Assembly: GCF_001466305.1 (NCBI RefSeq)
Contig: NZ_JWID01000007.1
Location: forward strand, 10,061 to 42,060
Origin: Defluviitalea phaphyphila
GTDB taxonomy: Bacteria > Bacillota > Clostridia > Lachnospirales > Defluviitaleaceae
Length of the DNA stretch: 32,000 nucleotides
Direction of reading: 5' to 3'
Part shown: positions 28,798 through 32,000 of the stretch, one piece after another
Position numbering within the stretch: position 1 is the first letter of the stretch
How the letters are laid out: every line of letters starts with the position of its first letter
Program-made: the position numbers and the translations under genes
The notes under the pieces: model-generated
Database searches by the model: none
Told to the model about the DNA's origin: nothing
Seen by the model: only the letters and a program-made list of their open reading frames with translations

Positions 28798-30390
28798 GTG
28801 AAAAAAATAAAAATTTTAAACATATTTATTTGTTTTATTATAGCAATTAATGTTTTATTGATACCTGATATAGCTAAAGGATTAGTAGAGGTTCCTGATT
28901 ATATTAGAGTTGGATTAGAGTATAAATATAAAAATGTTGATAAAATTTATATAAATAATAAGCAACTTATTATGGGATATGAAATTAAAGGAGATTTTAT
29001 TCCTGAAGCAGTGTTAGAATCTTCAGAGGGATTTTATATAATGCCTTCTAATTCTTATTTTGTATCAACTAATAAAAATTTTGATACGTACGAAGAAGCA
29101 AAAACTTATTCAGATGAATTAAAAAATTTAGGATTTAACGCTATTCCTGCTTCTTTAACATTTTCAAAATGGGATGTTTATATAGGAGAATTTAATTCAT
29201 ATAATGAGGCTCAGCAAATAAAAACATTTGATGAAGATTTTATTATAAAGGAAGTTTCTAGTACTCGTACTATATTAAAAGCTAAGTATGATAATATATT
29301 AGTTTTAGAAGGAGAAGAAATATATCCACAATTTTTAGGAGTGGATTTTAATTCGTCAGAAGAAATCATAGATTTAGGAGATAGACAATATAGAGGTAGA
29401 ATGGAATTTGGTAGATATAATGGTTCAGGTATAACAGCAGTGAATATAGTTTTGCTTGAAGAATATTTATATGGGGTAGTTCCAGCAGAAATAAATCCTA
29501 ATTGGCATATGGAAGCTTTAAAAGCTCAAGCTGTAGTAGCTAGAAGTTATGCTATAAGAAATATGGGAAAACATAAAGATAGTCCATATAATTTATGTGA
29601 TATGGAACATTGTCAAGTATATAAAGGATATGGGATAGAAAATATAAATTCTAATCAAGCAGTAGAAGAAACAAAAGGAGAATTGGTTTATTATAATGAT
29701 GAAATTATAGAAGCAGTTTACTTTGCTAGTAGTGGTGGATATACAGAGGATTCAGAAAATGTTTGGAGTAATTCAGTTCCATATTTAAGAGGGGTAGAAG
29801 ACCCTTATGAAACAAACTCTAAAACTTGGACTAAGAGTTTTAGTAAGTCTGATATAGAAGAACTTTTAAGAAATAATGGAAAAGATATAGGGGAAGTATT
29901 AGATATTCAGATAGAAAGTTATACTTCAAGTGGCAGAGTAAAAGAATTAAAAATTATAGGTAGTAGAGGAGAAGAAACTCTTACAAAAGAAAATATAAGG
30001 ACATTTTTTAAAAGTAATGGTATGAATTTAGAAAGTAGAATGTTTACAATTAAAAAAGGAAATAGCACAGGAGATTTTAAAATTTCTGTTATGAATAAAG
30101 AAAATGTATTAGAAAATATAAGTGAAAAACAAGTATCCGTAATAGGAGAAAATAATGAAATTCAAAAATTATTTTTAGAAAATTCTACAATAAATGTACA
30201 AAGAGAAAATGGAATAGATACTATTTCTATTTCTTCAACAACATCTATAGAAGGTGATTTTGTATTTGAAGGGAAAGGATATGGACATGGAGTTGGAATG
30301 AGTCAGTGGGGAGCAAAGGGTATGGCAGAGGCAGGATATGATTATAAACAGATTTTATCCCATTATTATACTGGAACTACGGTAAACTAA
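28798..30390 (+). CDS. SpoIID/LytB-domain protein with N-terminal signal anchor and a SPOR-like region
   Basis: SpoIID core: LEEYLYGVVPAEI...EALKAQAVVARSYA, YFASSGGYTE, GKGYGHGVGMSQWGAKGMA. Residues of about 90-150 (FDTYEEAKTYSDELKNLGFNAIPA...WDVYIGEFNSYNEAQQIK) look SPOR-like. The GTG at 28798 is preferred as the start because GAGGAGG lies 5 nt upstream. Confidence 0.8.
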   Translation: MKKIKILNIFICFIIAINVLLIPDIAKGLVEVPDYIRVGLEYKYKNVDKIYINNKQLIMGYEIKGDFIPEAVLESSEGFYIMPSNSYFVSTNKNFDTYEEAKTYSDELKNLGFNAIPASLTFSKWDVYIGEFNSYNEAQQIKTFDEDFIIKEVSSTRTILKAKYDNILVLEGEEIYPQFLGVDFNSSEEIIDLGDRQYRGRMEFGRYNGSGITAVNIVLLEEYLYGVVPAEINPNWHMEALKAQAVVARSYAIRNMGKHKDSPYNLCDMEHCQVYKGYGIENINSNQAVEETKGELVYYNDEIIEAVYFASSGGYTEDSENVWSNSVPYLRGVEDPYETNSKTWTKSFSKSDIEELLRNNGKDIGEVLDIQIESYTSSGRVKELKIIGSRGEETLTKENIRTFFKSNGMNLESRMFTIKKGNSTGDFKISVMNKENVLENISEKQVSVIGENNEIQKLFLENSTINVQRENGIDTISISSTTSIEGDFVFEGKGYGHGVGMSQWGAKGMAEAGYDYKQILSHYYTGTTVN

Positions 30391-30411
30391 AAATAAAAAG
30401 GAGGTTTTAAT

Positions 30412-30807
30412 ATGAGATGGAATAGTAATTTAGAAACAGGAGTAGAGAAAATAGATATACAACATAAAGAAATTATAAAAAGGATTAATGGAGTATTAGA
30501 AGCTTGTACTCAGCAAAGAGGAAAAGAAATAGTGGGAGATACTTTAAATTTTCTTGAAAAGTATGTTATTGAACATTTTAAGGATGAAGAAGAAAGCCAG
30601 ATTAAATCAGGATATCCTAAATATAAAGAGCATAAAATTTTACATGATAATTTTATACAGGATTTAAAAGATTTAAGAAATAAGTTTGAACAAGATGGTG
30701 CTACGTTAACAGTAGTCTTAAATATGAATAAAGTTGTAGTAAGATGGCTTGCAAGACATATTATGCAAGAGGATAAAGAATTTGCAAAATATTATAAAAG
30801 TAGATAA
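30412..30807 (+). CDS. Hemerythrin-like metal-binding protein (bacteriohemerythrin)
   Basis: 131 aa. Contains W...LETGVEKIDIQHKEII, HFKDEE, YKEHKILHDNF and WLARHIMQEDKEFAKY, the His/Asp/Glu diiron ligand pattern. It lies 21 nt downstream of the SpoIID-like gene with its own AGGAGG. Confidence 0.85.
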   Translation: MRWNSNLETGVEKIDIQHKEIIKRINGVLEACTQQRGKEIVGDTLNFLEKYVIEHFKDEEESQIKSGYPKYKEHKILHDNFIQDLKDLRNKFEQDGATLTVVLNMNKVVVRWLARHIMQEDKEFAKYYKSR

Positions 30808-30913
30808 AAAGTATTGGTTATTTAAAACAAGTACCTTTTTCTTAGAAATAAAATAATCTGCTATATAAAAGGGATAATAATATTAAAAATTTATTTAGAA
30901 AGAGAGAAATACT

Positions 30914-31939
30914 ATGAACTTACATGATTTTTATTTTGAATTACCAAAAGAATTAATTGCTCAAGACCCTTTAGAAGATAGAAGTTCATCAAGACTTCTT
31001 GTATTAGATAAAAAAACAGGAGAAATGGAGCATAAACTTTTTAGAGATATTTTAAATTATTTAAATCCTGGAGATTGTCTTGTAATAAATGATACAAAAG
31101 TTATTCCAGCTCGCTTAATAGGAAGTAGGAAAAATACTGGAGCAAAAGTTGAAATATTATTACTTACAAGAAAAGAAAATGATAGATGGGAAGCTTTAGT
31201 AAAACCAGGGAAAAAAGCTCGCCCAGGAGATATTATTATATTTGGGAATGGAGAACTTAAAGCAGAAATAGAGGAAATTATAGAAGATGGGAAAAGGATA
31301 GTTCATCTTCTATATGATGGGATTTTTGAACAGATATTGGACAAGTTAGGAGAAATGCCATTACCTCCTTATATTACTCATCAACTTAAAGATAAAGAAA
31401 GATATCAAACAGTTTATGCAAAGCATGAAGGTTCTGCAGCAGCTCCAACGGCAGGACTGCATTTTACAAAAGATTTACTAAAAAACATAAAGGATAAAGG
31501 AATAGAAATAGCTAAAGTAACTCTTCATGTAGGATTAGGAACTTTTAGACCAGTTAAAGTAGAAAATATTGAAGAACATAAAATGCATTCAGAGTTTTTT
31601 TGGGTTAATAAAGAAGAAGCTGAAAAAATAAATAGGTGCAAACGAAATGGAGGACGAATTATTGCAGTAGGAACTACTAGTTGTAGAACTTTAGAGTCAT
31701 GTGCTGATGAAAATGGAATAATTAAAGGGAAAAGTGGATGGACAGATATTTTTATTTATCCAGGATATAAATTTAAAATAGTTGACGCACTTATTACAAA
31801 TTTTCATTTACCAGAATCTACATTAATCATGCTAGTATCTGCTTTAGCTAGTAGAGAAATCATACTTAATGCTTATAAAAAAGCTGTAGATATGAAATAC
31901 AGATTTTTTAGTTTTGGAGATGCTATGTTTATAAAATAA
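30914..31939 (+). CDS. queA: S-adenosylmethionine:tRNA ribosyltransferase-isomerase
   Basis: 341 aa. N-terminus [26 protein letters not shown], then [43 protein letters not shown] and [11 protein letters not shown]. Confidence 0.95.
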   Translation: MNLHDFYFELPKELIAQDPLEDRSSSRLLVLDKKTGEMEHKLFRDILNYLNPGDCLVINDTKVIPARLIGSRKNTGAKVEILLLTRKENDRWEALVKPGKKARPGDIIIFGNGELKAEIEEIIEDGKRIVHLLYDGIFEQILDKLGEMPLPPYITHQLKDKERYQTVYAKHEGSAAAPTAGLHFTKDLLKNIKDKGIEIAKVTLHVGLGTFRPVKVENIEEHKMHSEFFWVNKEEAEKINRCKRNGGRIIAVGTTSCRTLESCADENGIIKGKSGWTDIFIYPGYKFKIVDALITNFHLPESTLIMLVSALASREIILNAYKKAVDMKYRFFSFGDAMFIK

Positions 31940-31963
31940 ATTTTTTAAGCAGAGGAGATTTTT

Positions 31964-32000
31964 ATGCCATATACACCCATTGATGTAATTGAACAATTAA
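31964..32000 (+). CDS. Start of an unidentified CDS, truncated by the window end
   Basis: GAGGAG RBS followed by an ATG at 31964 (MPYTPIDVIEQL...). Twelve codons are too few to identify it. Confidence 0.3.
   Translation, partial: MPYTPIDVIEQL

Overview
This is a visibly AT-rich chromosomal segment from a spore-forming, low-GC Firmicute of the Clostridia type. That assignment rests on the presence of sigH, spo0A, a SpoIID-domain gene, a CIRCE-controlled groESL operon and PurBox-like sites. Most of the window is ordinary core genome.

Gene content, in order:
- The conserved mrnC / rlmB / yacP(rae1) / sigH cluster, with a MurJ/SpoVB-type flippase gene inserted in it.
- tRNA-Thr(GGU).
- On the minus strand, a PqqD-like protein and an OPT oligopeptide transporter that is split by one in-frame TGA.
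- ogg and a DUF554 membrane protein.
- groES-groEL, then guaB and guaA.
- A VanW-family gene that looks frameshifted, then deoC.
- A PurBox pair plus a guanine riboswitch controlling an NCS2 purine permease, followed directly by a ZTP (pfl) riboswitch controlling purH.
- A four-gene tripartite tricarboxylate transporter (tctCBA) plus amidohydrolase cluster.
- On the minus strand, spo0A, a P-loop ATPase and a small membrane protein.
- A SpoIID/LytB protein with a SPOR-like region, a hemerythrin and queA.

I found no CRISPR array, transposase, integrase, phage genes or recognisable defence system, and I cannot point to a convincing new multi-gene system. The items most worth a second look are:
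- a promoter-to-terminator orphan small RNA candidate with two near-identical hairpins next to the tRNA;
- a repeat-bearing inverted repeat immediately 3' of the tRNA, at an apparent synteny break;
- the in-frame TGA in the OPT transporter;
- the orphan PqqD/RRE-like gene;
- the TTT transporter plus amidohydrolase cluster, which has no regulator gene;
- the uncharacterised ATPase and membrane-protein pair behind spo0A.

All functional calls come from reading the translated ORFs and motifs by eye. No database search was run.
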